A stretch of 64,000 bases of DNA, taken from Candidatus Wolfebacteria bacterium RIFCSPLOWO2_01_FULL_47_17b. GTDB taxonomy: Bacteria > Patescibacteriota > Minisyncoccia > UBA6257 > JAGOQP01. Of this stretch, positions 17,675-28,834 are shown in pieces. The position numbers and the translations under genes were made by a program. The notes below the pieces were generated by a model. The model had not been told where the DNA came from. It saw only the letters and a list, made by a program, of their open reading frames with translations, and did no database searches. Position 1 is the stretch's first letter. Each line of letters begins with the position of its first letter. The stretch lies in assembly GCA_001793865.1 (NCBI GenBank), contig MGIS01000023.1, positions 60,137 to 124,136 of the forward strand, in the 5' to 3' direction.

Positions 17675-19359
17675 GGTGTCCAGTTGATGTGCACATCGTC
17701 AACGGTTGGCGTGCTTGTACCGTTCGGCTCCAAAAATACTTTATATCTAAAATAGCGATAGTTATTCACATTCCATATTTCTGCTTGTTCGTCCGCGGTT
17801 GATGGCGTGAAGTATGTTCCGCTTGTGCCGTCCGATCCGATATAGCTCCACGGTCCCGAGCTGGTATTGGATGCCGCGATCTGGAATTTGACCACCGTGC
17901 CCGCGGGCAGAGTCCCTTGCCAGAGCACGCTGTGTAGCGCACCGCCGCTTGCCGCCTGCGTATCATATGTAGTTGATTCAAGCCAGCCGGATGCGGTGGT
18001 GGTCGCAAGCTCCAGCGACGCTCCAGCGAGGGCAGTCGTGATATTGGACGATGTCGCAAACCCGGTCGGCGATGACGTTGCCGGCCCATCCATGCCGTAC
18101 CCGCTGTCCCAGTCCAATTGCGAAAAGGTTCTGGTGCCGCTTCTTGTTACATACTCTTTGTAAGCAAAGATTTTGTTTTCTGTTGTCGTAGCCATGACGG
18201 TGAGTGACATTGTTGATGGGTCAAGCGTATTGCCGCTTGGCTCTTCCGTGATGTCTCCATTCCCATCACGATACACGTTGCCGATCGTAAAATATCTCGT
18301 ATTCACCCTGCTTTCATAGAGTTGTTCCACTTCATAGCTGGAGAGGGCGCGAGCATACACGCGTACGTCGTCTATAAGGCCGTCAAACAAAGACCACGGC
18401 GCATCATACGATTTTCCGCCTATATCAAGCGGGTATTCAGAGGCATGCAGAACCGCCGGTATATCGGTCGTATCTTCATCCTCAAGCACGCCATTCACAT
18501 ATAAACGGACGAATTGAGATGGTTCATACACGCCAACTGCGTGGGTCCATGTATTCAACGGCGGAGGATTTGTGCCTGTCGTGCCGACATCTAAATCTTG
18601 TCCCGGGCCCGCTGCATAAAATCCAAGACCTCCGTACGTAACTTTTTCTGGCCAAGAACATTCAATCATCATATCGAACTGTTCTTCTCCTCCAGCGAAG
18701 TTGCCCCCTTTTGCCACTATACGCGGGTTGTTGTCTTCTCCATTACATCCTGAACGCTGATAAAACCAGACGGAGACTGTCACGGCACCTGTTATCTGCA
18801 CTTCGGGCTGATTTCCAATGGTTATATAGCTATCGCCATCAAAATCAACACACAACCCCATCATGCATGACGAAGTTGCTTTTATCGGATCTCCTGTGCT
18901 CGTTCCCGTCAGCATATTCCCGGAGCTGTCGTACGCGGTTATGGTCGCCGTTTCATCCAACTTCCAATGTCCCACCAGCCCATACGAGACATCGTCAACA
19001 AGAATACTCTCTTGCCCTCCAATGTAGTACGATGTGGTGGTTCCATTAATAACATAATAGTCACCCGCCGGCAGCGACCAGATTCCCTGCCAGTTGCTTG
19101 CCGCAAGCTGTTCCAGCTTATTCATAATGTCCGCCGCGTGAAATGCCGTCACTTGGGCGATGCGTGACTCGAAGTTGTAGCGCAGGAGCGATACGATTGC
19201 CAACGTCGCGCCGATTAAAAACAAACCCCCCACGGTGATTGATATGAGGACCTCCAGGAGGAGCTGCCCCTTTGCAGATCGTAGACCGCGAAAGAAAGCT
19301 CGTATTTTTAATACGATATTCGGTATACGATATTCGGTATACTGATTAGTAGCTTTCAT
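17671..19359 (-). CDS. Prepilin-type protein with LamG/ConA-like domain
   Basis: KG|QLLLEVLISI; GLVGHWKLDE..WTHAVGVY..FDGLIDDVRVYARAL. Confidence 0.85.
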   Translation of the reverse strand: MKATNQYTEYRIPNIVLKIRAFFRGLRSAKGQLLLEVLISITVGGLFLIGATLAIVSLLRYNFESRIAQVTAFHAADIMNKLEQLAASNWQGIWSLPAGDYYVINGTTTSYYIGGQESILVDDVSYGLVGHWKLDETATITAYDSSGNMLTGTSTGDPIKATSSCMMGLCVDFDGDSYITIGNQPEVQITGAVTVSVWFYQRSGCNGEDNNPRIVAKGGNFAGGEEQFDMMIECSWPEKVTYGGLGFYAAGPGQDLDVGTTGTNPPPLNTWTHAVGVYEPSQFVRLYVNGVLEDEDTTDIPAVLHASEYPLDIGGKSYDAPWSLFDGLIDDVRVYARALSSYEVEQLYESRVNTRYFTIGNVYRDGNGDITEEPSGNTLDPSTMSLTVMATTTENKIFAYKEYVTRSGTRTFSQLDWDSGYGMDGPATSSPTGFATSSNITTALAGASLELATTTASGWLESTTYDTQAASGGALHSVLWQGTLPAGTVVKFQIAASNTSSGPWSYIGSDGTSGTYFTPSTADEQAEIWNVNNYRYFRYKVFLEPNGTSTPTVDDVHINWTP

Positions 19360-20491
19360 AGATTCTCTTAATTTCCTCCGCCGACAACGCGCGGTTGTAA
19401 ATACGAACATCGTCTATATAACCATCAAAGTAATATGATTCTCCAGGGCTATTGCCGATTTGGAAATCGTTTGAGGTGGTTGTCCAATCAATAGTTTCAT
19501 TCGTGCTACTTGCTGATTCCAATCCATCTACAAATATTTGAGTTTTTTTTGTGTCGCCATTATACACCCCCGCAACATAAACCCAATTCCCCGTTTCTAT
19601 TGACGAAGGCGCTTCTAATATCATGTTGTTCGAATCAAGTCTAAATGAAAAGGCCGTGTTGTTCTGGGCAAAACGATAGTCTAAATAAGATTTTCCTGCG
19701 ATATGTTTAAACCCCGACGATACACTGTCGGCGTATATCCAAGCTGTGAGTGTGAAGCTACTTGAATGAATAAACTGATATTGGCTAGGATTTCCAATAA
19801 ATATATAATCATTGCTCCCATCAAAACTCAATGCTCCACCACTTTTCCCCAACGACACCCAATCGGAGCTGCCACTGAAATCAAAGTTGGTCAGCGTACC
19901 TGTATTTCCATTCCCACTCGCATCGTATGCATTCGTTCCCGATCCCTCATCAAATTCCCACATTCCCACCAATCCCGTTTCTTTATATATTTCTATTTTC
20001 CCCAGCGAACTGACTGTTACCATATATACCGAATCGGCTGAACCATCCTTCCCCAGTACGATGGTGTGGGCAGTCGAAGGCAAGCCGGTAAGCGCCGTAA
20101 ATAATATCGTTTTTATATTCCCCGCGACGGGATTTAAAAACTTACTCGCGCTGCTCAAGTTTTTGAGTTCGGCAACGGTTGAAGTGCTGTATGAAGATCC
20201 TTGGAATATTTCAAGGTATCCTCCGTTCGCCTCGCCGCTCAAACGTATGCCCCAATCGACGCCACCGTCCCCAAGCTGCGCCTTGCTCTGCGCAAAATGG
20301 AGCGCCCCAGCGACCATCTGCGCGTCCTGCTTTAATGCCTGTTCCGTGCGAAAATTTAAAATATTCACCGTCGCAACCGCCACCAGAATCGCGACAAGCG
20401 CAATTACGATGACTAGCTCAACAACAGTAAAGGATCGTATACCGTATACCGTATACCGTATACCGCGTGCAAATTGTGTACCGCTATTCAT
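19346..20491 (-). CDS. Prepilin-type protein with C-terminal LamG domain
   Basis: S|FTVVELVIVIAL; GLVGMWEFDEGSG..FDGYIDDVRIYNRALS. Confidence 0.87.
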   Translation of the reverse strand: MNSGTQFARGIRYTVYGIRSFTVVELVIVIALVAILVAVATVNILNFRTEQALKQDAQMVAGALHFAQSKAQLGDGGVDWGIRLSGEANGGYLEIFQGSSYSTSTVAELKNLSSASKFLNPVAGNIKTILFTALTGLPSTAHTIVLGKDGSADSVYMVTVSSLGKIEIYKETGLVGMWEFDEGSGTNAYDASGNGNTGTLTNFDFSGSSDWVSLGKSGGALSFDGSNDYIFIGNPSQYQFIHSSSFTLTAWIYADSVSSGFKHIAGKSYLDYRFAQNNTAFSFRLDSNNMILEAPSSIETGNWVYVAGVYNGDTKKTQIFVDGLESASSTNETIDWTTTSNDFQIGNSPGESYYFDGYIDDVRIYNRALSAEEIKRIYESY

Positions 20492-20855
20492 GGTAAATTC
20501 TTTTTAGCCCGCTTAAGACCTTTTTTGCCTCAATGCTCTGCCGATAAAGAGAATTAAAATCATTCTCTAATAGGTATCCTATGTCTTGTGCAATAAAAAA
20601 TTGACTTTGTAGTTCTGTTAGAGAACCTGTAGCGATTGTATAAAACTGATTCTTATCTTTTGCGCTCCCGCGTGAAAAACCTTCTGCTATGTTTGAAGTT
20701 ATTGATATTGCTGCTCTTCTCATTTGGCTTGTTAACCCAAATAGTTCTTCTTTTGGAAGTTTCTTTGTGATTTCATATACTAAAAGAACAAGCTTGTGAG
20801 CTTCTTTCCATGCGCGTAAATCTGTGAAGTTTTTAATCTTTTTGCTTTGTTCCAT
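20484..20855 (-). CDS. Four-helix-bundle protein (23S rRNA IVS / Avd-like family)
   Basis: FTDLRAWKEAH..LPKEELFGLTSQMRRAAISITSNIAEG..GSLTELQSQ. Confidence 0.92.
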   Translation of the reverse strand: MEQSKKIKNFTDLRAWKEAHKLVLLVYEITKKLPKEELFGLTSQMRRAAISITSNIAEGFSRGSAKDKNQFYTIATGSLTELQSQFFIAQDIGYLLENDFNSLYRQSIEAKKVLSGLKRIYHE

Positions 20856-20888
20856 ACGGAATACGATATACGGTCTTCGGTATACGGT

Positions 20889-22097
20889 TTAGAACGCACT
20901 CGTAAGTTGGTACACCGGCACAATGACCGCGAGCGCGATCGTTCCGATCACTACTCCTATCAGAAGAAGCATAATCGGTTCGATAAAGGTGACCAGTGTT
21001 TTGACCGACATTTCGACTTCTTTCGCATAAAAATCGGCAAGCGTACTCAAGATGCTTTCCAGATGCCCCGATTTTTCCGATATCGCGATGAGGTTTGCCA
21101 CTATTTTGGGAAATACTGTCTCCCGCCGAAATGCTTCCCCTACGGTGAGCCCTTTCGCGATGCCTTCCTGCGCTATCCTTCGTATGGAGTTCCGCAAGTC
21201 CGGCATACCAACCGAGTCCGCGGTCACCTCAAGCGATTCTATAATAGGAAGGCCCGACGACAAAAGAGATGAAAATGTCGCCGCAAAACGCTGAACCGCT
21301 ATATTTCGTATGACTTTTTTTATAACGGGTATGTGGAGCGCGATGTCGTATATCAGCTTTCTGCCCACCATGGTTTTGATGAAAAAGATAAGCGATCCGA
21401 TGGTAATCCCGAAAAAGAGCGTCAAAAGCAACGCGAGGTGATCGCCTATAAAAAGCCCGACCGTAAACACGATCTTCGAAAATCCGGGCGGTTCGAATCC
21501 GCCGGTTGTGAATACGCCTGCGATTTTCGGGAGCGAATAGCTCACCAGCAGTATGAGGATAATGATGGACGCAATAAAAAGAATAACTGGATACGTAAGG
21601 GCTGATTTTATCTTTGAGCGGAGGTCTTTGTCTTTTTCGAGCGATACGCTCACTTCATCAAACACCGTTTCCAGTTTTCCCGATACCTCTCCCGCCTTGA
21701 TCAGATTTACAAATACCGGTGAGAATGACTTGGGATACTTCGCAAACGTTGAATAAAACGGCTTCCCCTTTTCCAGGTTTGCCCGCACTTCCATGAGAAG
21801 ATCTTTGACGGCACGCTTTTCAAAGTCATCCACCAGGATGTTTATCGCCTTGAAGAGATCGGTGCCGACTTTCATCATAAGCGATAGATACTTTGTTATG
21901 AAAATCTTGTCCTGCAGCGTGACTTTTCCTTGGAATAGCTTCGAGAAATCCAGCGAAGTGTTGCGTATTTCCTGCAGAGATACGGGACGCAGTTTTTGCG
22001 CGCTGATTTTAACAAGCGCGTCTGTGGAGTTTGTCGCCTGGAGTATACCTTCAACTATTTTTTGCGATGCATCTAGGGCTTTGTATCGAAATTTCAT
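20889..22097 (-). CDS. pilC: Type IV pilus platform protein PilC/GspF
   Basis: MKFRYKALD, GEVSGKL, SALTYP, GLPIIESL, IEPIML. Confidence 0.92.
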   Translation of the reverse strand: MKFRYKALDASQKIVEGILQATNSTDALVKISAQKLRPVSLQEIRNTSLDFSKLFQGKVTLQDKIFITKYLSLMMKVGTDLFKAINILVDDFEKRAVKDLLMEVRANLEKGKPFYSTFAKYPKSFSPVFVNLIKAGEVSGKLETVFDEVSVSLEKDKDLRSKIKSALTYPVILFIASIIILILLVSYSLPKIAGVFTTGGFEPPGFSKIVFTVGLFIGDHLALLLTLFFGITIGSLIFFIKTMVGRKLIYDIALHIPVIKKVIRNIAVQRFAATFSSLLSSGLPIIESLEVTADSVGMPDLRNSIRRIAQEGIAKGLTVGEAFRRETVFPKIVANLIAISEKSGHLESILSTLADFYAKEVEMSVKTLVTFIEPIMLLLIGVVIGTIALAVIVPVYQLTSAF

Positions 22098-22224
22098 CCC
22101 GTTAGAAATCTGTCACTTACTAGTAATGTATATAGTGTAGCAAAATCACGTTTTATTTTCATTTCTTGTTTAGCTTGAGCAGAAAATTTTTAATAAAATT
22201 TTCTGCCGATGATTTCTAACGGGA
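22097..22224. mobile_element. MITE-like element, TIR TCCCGTTAGAAATC, flanked by TTCA direct repeats
   Basis: 14-bp perfect TIR; TTCA at 22093-22096 and 22225-22228. Confidence 0.75.
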
Positions 22225-22233
22225 TTCATATGT

Positions 22234-23940
22234 TTATTCGCGTATTACTCGGAGCACTTCCTCAATCGTCGTCACGCCGACCGCCGCCTTCTGCAATCCG
22301 TCTTCAAACATCGTTTTCATCCCATTCTTTTTTGCGATTTCATATACGTGGTCCATGGTGAAATCCGGTGATGCAATAGTTCTGCGCATATCATCGTTAA
22401 TCTCCATAATTTCAAATATGCCCAACCGGCCCCGGTAGCCGATGCCGTGGCATGCCTTGCATCCTTTACCGCGGTACAGGCTTTTGGGAAGTTCCGCATT
22501 TGGCAATTTTAGCTCTTCAAACTGGTTTTTTAGCTCCTTTTTGAATTCCTCGGATAGCTCATACGATTCGATGCAATCAATGCAGATTTTTCGCACCAGA
22601 CGCTGGGCGACTGCTACGTTCAACACCGCTGCGGCCAAAAATGGCGGGATATCCATATCAAGCATGCGCGCGACTGTTGAAGGAGCATCGTTGGTATGCA
22701 GAGACGAAAGCACGATATGCCCCGTGAGTGCCGACTGTACCGCAATATCAGCCGTTTCGTTGTCGCGGATTTCACCGACCATGATGATGTTTGGATCCTG
22801 ACGAAGTATAGAACGCAGCCCCGATGCAAAGGTAATGCCCGCAAGCGGATTTACTTGGATCTGGTTGATGTACCTGATGTTATATTCGATCGGGTCTTCG
22901 ATCGTGACGATATTTACCTCTGGCCGGTTGAGAAGATTGAGAATGGAATAGAGCGTTGTCGTCTTGCCGGATCCGGTCGGCCCTGTCACGAGCACCATGC
23001 CGTAGGTTTTTTTGATATTTTCTTCTACAAGATCCGCCATATTCTCGGAAAATCCCAGTTCGGCAAGCGAAAGCGGCCGCTGAGCGGCGGAAAGAAGACG
23101 CATAACGATCTTTTCTCCGTAGAGCGTCGGAATAATCGAGATACGCACATCTATAACCGATCCGCCCACTTGATAGCGGAATCTGCCGTCTTGCGGTTTT
23201 TGATGTTCGTCCACCTTCAGCGCTCCGAGCAGTTTTACGCGCGCCACGACCGGTGCGTGGATCTGGCGCGGGATGGTAATAATCTCGTGTAAAATACCAT
23301 CAATACGGAATCGTACAAGCACCGACTGCTCCATTGCCTCAATATGCACATCAGATGCGCCCAAATACGTCGCGTACGAAAGAAGGTTATTCACCAGATC
23401 AACGATCGAGACTTCCTTTGCGGCGTCCTCGGCTTTATCGGCATGGTACCGAAGTGATTTTTGAATGCTTGTTTCGAGTACTTTTTTAAAATCTTCCGTT
23501 TGCGCATGGCTGTAGAGCGAAAATCCTGATGCAAGATCCTCGCTGGATGCCAAAAAAATGCGGAGTTTTGCGTTGAGTTTTTTTTCAAGAAACTCGATCG
23601 TCTGCAGATCGCTGGGATCTTCCATCGCTATGTCGATCGTGCCGTCCTGCTCTTTGGCGAATGCCACCGCTTTCTTTTCCTGCGCGAGCTTCTCGTCCAC
23701 AAGCAAAAGCACCGACTGATCGATGCCGCGTGAACGGAGCGACGCCCGCTCCACTCCGAAATACCGCGCAATGAAGTTATATAAAAAATCCGCCGCGACA
23801 AATCCTTTGGAAATGAGGAGTTCCAGCACGTCCTGGTTCATGCGTCCTGCCTCATCGGAAATCTCCCGGAATTGCTCATCGGTAATGAGTCCTTGTTCTT
23901 TAAGCCAGTCTTTTAGTTTGTCGTGAGAAATTTGTATCAT
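22234..23940 (-). CDS. pilB: Type IV pilus assembly ATPase PilB/GspE
   Basis: ASDVHIE, PQDGR, GPTGSGKTTT, TIEDPIE, LRQDPNIIMVGEIRD, Zn-Cys motifs. Confidence 0.95.
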   Translation of the reverse strand: MIQISHDKLKDWLKEQGLITDEQFREISDEAGRMNQDVLELLISKGFVAADFLYNFIARYFGVERASLRSRGIDQSVLLLVDEKLAQEKKAVAFAKEQDGTIDIAMEDPSDLQTIEFLEKKLNAKLRIFLASSEDLASGFSLYSHAQTEDFKKVLETSIQKSLRYHADKAEDAAKEVSIVDLVNNLLSYATYLGASDVHIEAMEQSVLVRFRIDGILHEIITIPRQIHAPVVARVKLLGALKVDEHQKPQDGRFRYQVGGSVIDVRISIIPTLYGEKIVMRLLSAAQRPLSLAELGFSENMADLVEENIKKTYGMVLVTGPTGSGKTTTLYSILNLLNRPEVNIVTIEDPIEYNIRYINQIQVNPLAGITFASGLRSILRQDPNIIMVGEIRDNETADIAVQSALTGHIVLSSLHTNDAPSTVARMLDMDIPPFLAAAVLNVAVAQRLVRKICIDCIESYELSEEFKKELKNQFEELKLPNAELPKSLYRGKGCKACHGIGYRGRLGIFEIMEINDDMRRTIASPDFTMDHVYEIAKKNGMKTMFEDGLQKAAVGVTTIEEVLRVIRE

Positions 23941-24515
23941 GGACGCAATAACAGCCACCAACTACTTTGGCTAAAAAATAGATATACTGTCAGTATAACA
24001 CACAGAGCGGTGGGAAACCACATATAATACGGCGATACGCGATATTCTTTTCCCTTTCGGAGAGTTTGCACGGCTGTGGTCAGCAGGAAAAGCATAAAAA
24101 ACACAGGCACGAATAGCACCACCCCCGGAAAACCCGAGAGAAGTATCGCGCTCCCCGCGATCCATTCTTCATGTTCGCGCAAAAGCGCTCCCTCTTTCTT
24201 CTTGTTGTATATTCTCAGCCCATATACAGCAAGAAGCGCGAACCCGAACGACATAATGTGTGAACTCCATATTCGGAAAAACACGTATTGTATGAAATAT
24301 GAGACCGATGTTTTGGGCGGAAGCAGATATGCGGTAAGCGGCGAATTCGCCCAGCCGCTATACTGCAGATACGTGAGGACGGAAAGAAAGAGGAAAACAA
24401 ATATGGCGTTCAACCAAAAGAGGTCCAATCTTCGTCTGGGAAAGTTGAACCTCTGTGATGCGAAGTTTGTCGCAAACAATACGATCGAAAAAATCAGTAT
24501 CCAATCATGAAACAT
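23937..24515 (-). CDS. Polytopic membrane protein in pil cluster (possible divergent prepilin-peptidase-like)
   Basis: Five to six TM segments between pilin and pilB; catalytic GxD motif not evident. Confidence 0.5.
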   Translation of the reverse strand: MFHDWILIFSIVLFATNFASQRFNFPRRRLDLFWLNAIFVFLFLSVLTYLQYSGWANSPLTAYLLPPKTSVSYFIQYVFFRIWSSHIMSFGFALLAVYGLRIYNKKKEGALLREHEEWIAGSAILLSGFPGVVLFVPVFFMLFLLTTAVQTLRKGKEYRVSPYYMWFPTALCVILTVYLFFSQSSWWLLLRP

Positions 24516-24524
24516 GACATACGC

Positions 24525-25082
24525 TTAGAGGGTTAGATCGGTCCCGGCTTCGTATGCCTGAGCTTCATCTCCTCCGTCAGTGCTTTCCTTGTCGCTGCCC
24601 CCTCCGTTTATATATTTCGTGCTTTCAAGAAACGCGTTTATCTCAAATGTAAGAGCGGTGCTTCCTCCTGCATACGCATAAAAGTATGTTGTACCATGGC
24701 TTGGATCAATAGGAAGTACGCTGAGTGGAGAACCACCTGATATCGCGTCAAAATTCACCGGTATCCATCCGGTACCGTCCGTTACGCGAGTCGTGCTTCC
24801 TGTCGCTGAATAGGATGCCGTGAATAATCCCCCACAGTTTGTGGTTGTGGTTGTTGCTCCGGTATACATATAGCAACTACTTCCAACCGACGGATCGGTT
24901 ACGTCAACCAGATACAATGATATGGCATTCTTGACCGAGTCAAGATCCGAGAATCTTTGGCTATCGCGCGCTTGGCGCAGAAGCTCTGCCGGATTCAGAA
25001 TGACGACGACCGCTGCGGTTAATATTGCCAAGATGCCGATAACAATCAGCAGCTCAACGAGTGTAAACCCTGTCTTTTTCAT
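24525..25082 (-). CDS. Type IV pilin (probable major pilin)
   Basis: MKKTG|FTLVELLIVIGILAIL..NPAELLRQARDSQRFSDL. Confidence 0.92.
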   Translation of the reverse strand: MKKTGFTLVELLIVIGILAILTAAVVVILNPAELLRQARDSQRFSDLDSVKNAISLYLVDVTDPSVGSSCYMYTGATTTTTNCGGLFTASYSATGSTTRVTDGTGWIPVNFDAISGGSPLSVLPIDPSHGTTYFYAYAGGSTALTFEINAFLESTKYINGGGSDKESTDGGDEAQAYEAGTDLTL

Positions 25083-25137
25083 ATGGTTATTTTTTATATG
25101 TTTAGTATAGCACACTTTTTAAAAATGATGTGTATAA

Positions 25138-25524
25138 CTATTGACGTTTTGTAAGAAACTCCAGTACGTTTTTCACCAGATCGTCGATGGATGTTTTTGC
25201 TTTTACAAAATACTCTACCGCGCCAAGTTCCTGGCCTTTTTGCATATCTTCCGGCTGGCCGAGGTTCGATATGATAATAATAGGCGCGTCCCGCAGCTGC
25301 GGATCCTGCCGGATAGCCTCCATGACCTCAAAGCCTGATTTTTTCGGAAGTATGAGATCAAGCAGAATGACATCGGGACTCGCGTCTTTAAGGATAGTCA
25401 CGGCTTCCTGTCCGTCCTTTGCGTACATAACCTCAAGCCCTTCCTTTGAAAATCTGTTCTTTAAAAGCGACGAAAGGAACGGGTCATCTTCAATGAGGAG
25501 AATTTTCTTTTTTGTATCTTCCAT
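25138..25524 (-). CDS. Single-domain response regulator
   Basis: ILLIEDD, LLDLILPKKSG, IISN, YFVK. Confidence 0.92.
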   Translation of the reverse strand: MEDTKKKILLIEDDPFLSSLLKNRFSKEGLEVMYAKDGQEAVTILKDASPDVILLDLILPKKSGFEVMEAIRQDPQLRDAPIIIISNLGQPEDMQKGQELGAVEYFVKAKTSIDDLVKNVLEFLTKRQ

Positions 25525-25587
25525 AGGTGTTTTTAAGCATACCACAAGAAGTGAGTGGTGAGTAGTGGGTCGTGTGTATAACTGGCT

Positions 25588-25609
25588 TGAAAACTTTTTT
25601 AGTTGTCCC
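25588..25609. repeat. 3' arm of the 16S precursor processing stem (inverted repeat of 27294-27316)
   Basis: TTGAAAACTTTTTTAGTTGTCCC is nearly the reverse complement of GGGACAACTAAAAAAATCTTCAA. Confidence 0.7.
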
Positions 25610-25671
25610 AGCCGAGACTTAAGGATCATCGGCTAACTCCTATGCCCCCGAAGGGGATCGATCAATTTCTC

Positions 25672-27227
<1,556 letters not shown>

Positions 27228-27407
27228 AACGATGTCAAAAATTCCAAGCCTTCGACCTAAGTCTTGACTTGAAACTTCTGGCATCTTGCTATCGGGACAA
27301 CTAAAAAAATCTTCAAATTAACACATTTGTGGATGCCCCCAATCTTTCCGCCAGCTGGCGGATGGGGACTTTTTTGTTATAAAGGTCTGGCTTTTCAGTA
27401 GGAGGGC

Positions 27408-27436
27408 AGTATAAGCGAGGGCACATGTGAAGTCAA
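27408..27436 (-). promoter_or_regulatory. sigma70 promoter of 16S rRNA
   Basis: TTGACT-17-TATACT followed by a GC-rich discriminator. Confidence 0.75.
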
Positions 27437-27709
27437 GGTTCGTAATGATGGAAGTGAAAAAGTAATTTTCCGCTCCCCTGTCTTACAGACATCGGAGCCC
27501 CATTAAAAAAATTCTTTAGCCGCCTCAATAGAGGCGGCTTTTTCTAACGGGGTATACGCATTTTTTATACATTTCCCAAAGCGTCAGAATCTTCCCGATC
27601 GAGGAAATTCTGACGCTTTTCTTTTTTCCGTTTTTTCAGCCCACTTCTCACGACTCATAACTCAATTATAGTGGACAAAGTCCGTGCTTTGCGCTATCAT
27701 TTCCTCGAT

Positions 27710-27991
27710 ATGAAAAAAGACACCCATCCAGCCTACTATCCGGACGCGAAGGTTTCCTGCGCGTGCGGGAATACATTCACGATCGGCTCCACCAAAAAAG
27801 AAATCCGGGTGGAAATCTGCTACAACTGCCATCCGTTTTATACCGGCAAAGACAAGCTTATAGATACGGCCGGTCGCGTAGACAAGTTCAAAGCGCGCCG
27901 CGAAAAGGCGGCAAAGGCCACTGTCCGCACAAAGACCGCGAAGCGTGCCGCCAAAGCTGCGAAGAAAGTGAAGAAACCGGTTAAAAAATAG
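27710..27991 (+). CDS. rpmE: 50S ribosomal protein L31 with Lys/Ala-rich tail
   Basis: [36 protein letters not shown]. Confidence 0.96.
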   Translation: MKKDTHPAYYPDAKVSCACGNTFTIGSTKKEIRVEICYNCHPFYTGKDKLIDTAGRVDKFKARREKAAKATVRTKTAKRAAKAAKKVKKPVKK

Positions 27992-28069
27992 TGTTTAGGG
28001 ATTAGGTTTTAGGGACTAGGGTAGAATCTAACCCCTTTTCACTAACCACTAATCCCTATTTTATTAAGT

Positions 28070-28810
28070 ATGTCCGACATCAATACCATCATTCTTGAAG
28101 TCCGTGCAGGCGCAGGCGGCGATGAGGCGTCTATTTTTGCGGGAGATCTTGTGCATATGTACCAGAAGTACGCGCAGTCCCGGGGGTGGCGTTTTTCGGA
28201 GCTCGACTCCAGTCGCTCGTCACTTGATGGATTTAAAACATTTATCGGAAGAATCGACGGCCAAGGCGCGTACGAAGCGCTGAAGCAGGAATCGGGCGTA
28301 CACCGAGTTCAGCGCATTCCCAAGACCGAAAAATCCGGCCGCGTGCATACTTCCACCGCTTCGGTCGCCATACTCCCCCAGATAGAGCCGAGGGAAGTGG
28401 ACATAAACCCAAGTGATCTTGAGATTTCTTTTTTTCGCTCGTCGGGACCGGGTGGTCAAAACGTAAATAAAGTGGAAACTGCCGTACGCATTCTGCACAA
28501 ACCCACGGGCGTCGTGGTTGCGTCTCAAAACGAACGGTCTCAAACCGCGAATAAAGAAAATGCTATGTCCGTACTTCGCTCAAAATTATATGAAGCAATG
28601 CAGCAGCAGCAGGCGGCATCTCTTGGAGCATTGCGCAAAGAGCAGATCGGGACCATGGATCGGTCCGAGAAGATCCGCACGTGGAATTTTCCGCAAGATC
28701 GCGTTACCGATCATCGCATAGGCAAAAAGTGGCACAATATCGAAAAGATACTGGCGGGCGATTTGGACCCTGTTGTGAAAGCGTTCAAAAAGGAGTCTGA
28801 TCAAGGTTGA
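28070..28810 (+). CDS. prfA: Peptide chain release factor 1, lacking the N-terminal domain
   Basis: EVRAGAGGDEA, ESGVHRVQRIPKTE (PxT), SGPGGQ, RSEKIRTWNFPQDRVTDHRI. Confidence 0.9.
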   Translation: MSDINTIILEVRAGAGGDEASIFAGDLVHMYQKYAQSRGWRFSELDSSRSSLDGFKTFIGRIDGQGAYEALKQESGVHRVQRIPKTEKSGRVHTSTASVAILPQIEPREVDINPSDLEISFFRSSGPGGQNVNKVETAVRILHKPTGVVVASQNERSQTANKENAMSVLRSKLYEAMQQQQAASLGALRKEQIGTMDRSEKIRTWNFPQDRVTDHRIGKKWHNIEKILAGDLDPVVKAFKKESDQG

Positions 28811-28834
28811 ACCTCGCTCAAGGTTGAGTGAGGT

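Noticed and set aside
17671-20855. Diversity-generating retroelement (Avd-like gene near LamG pilins)
   Set aside because: No reverse transcriptase and no near-identical TR/VR pair in the window; the two LamG domains are only distantly similar.
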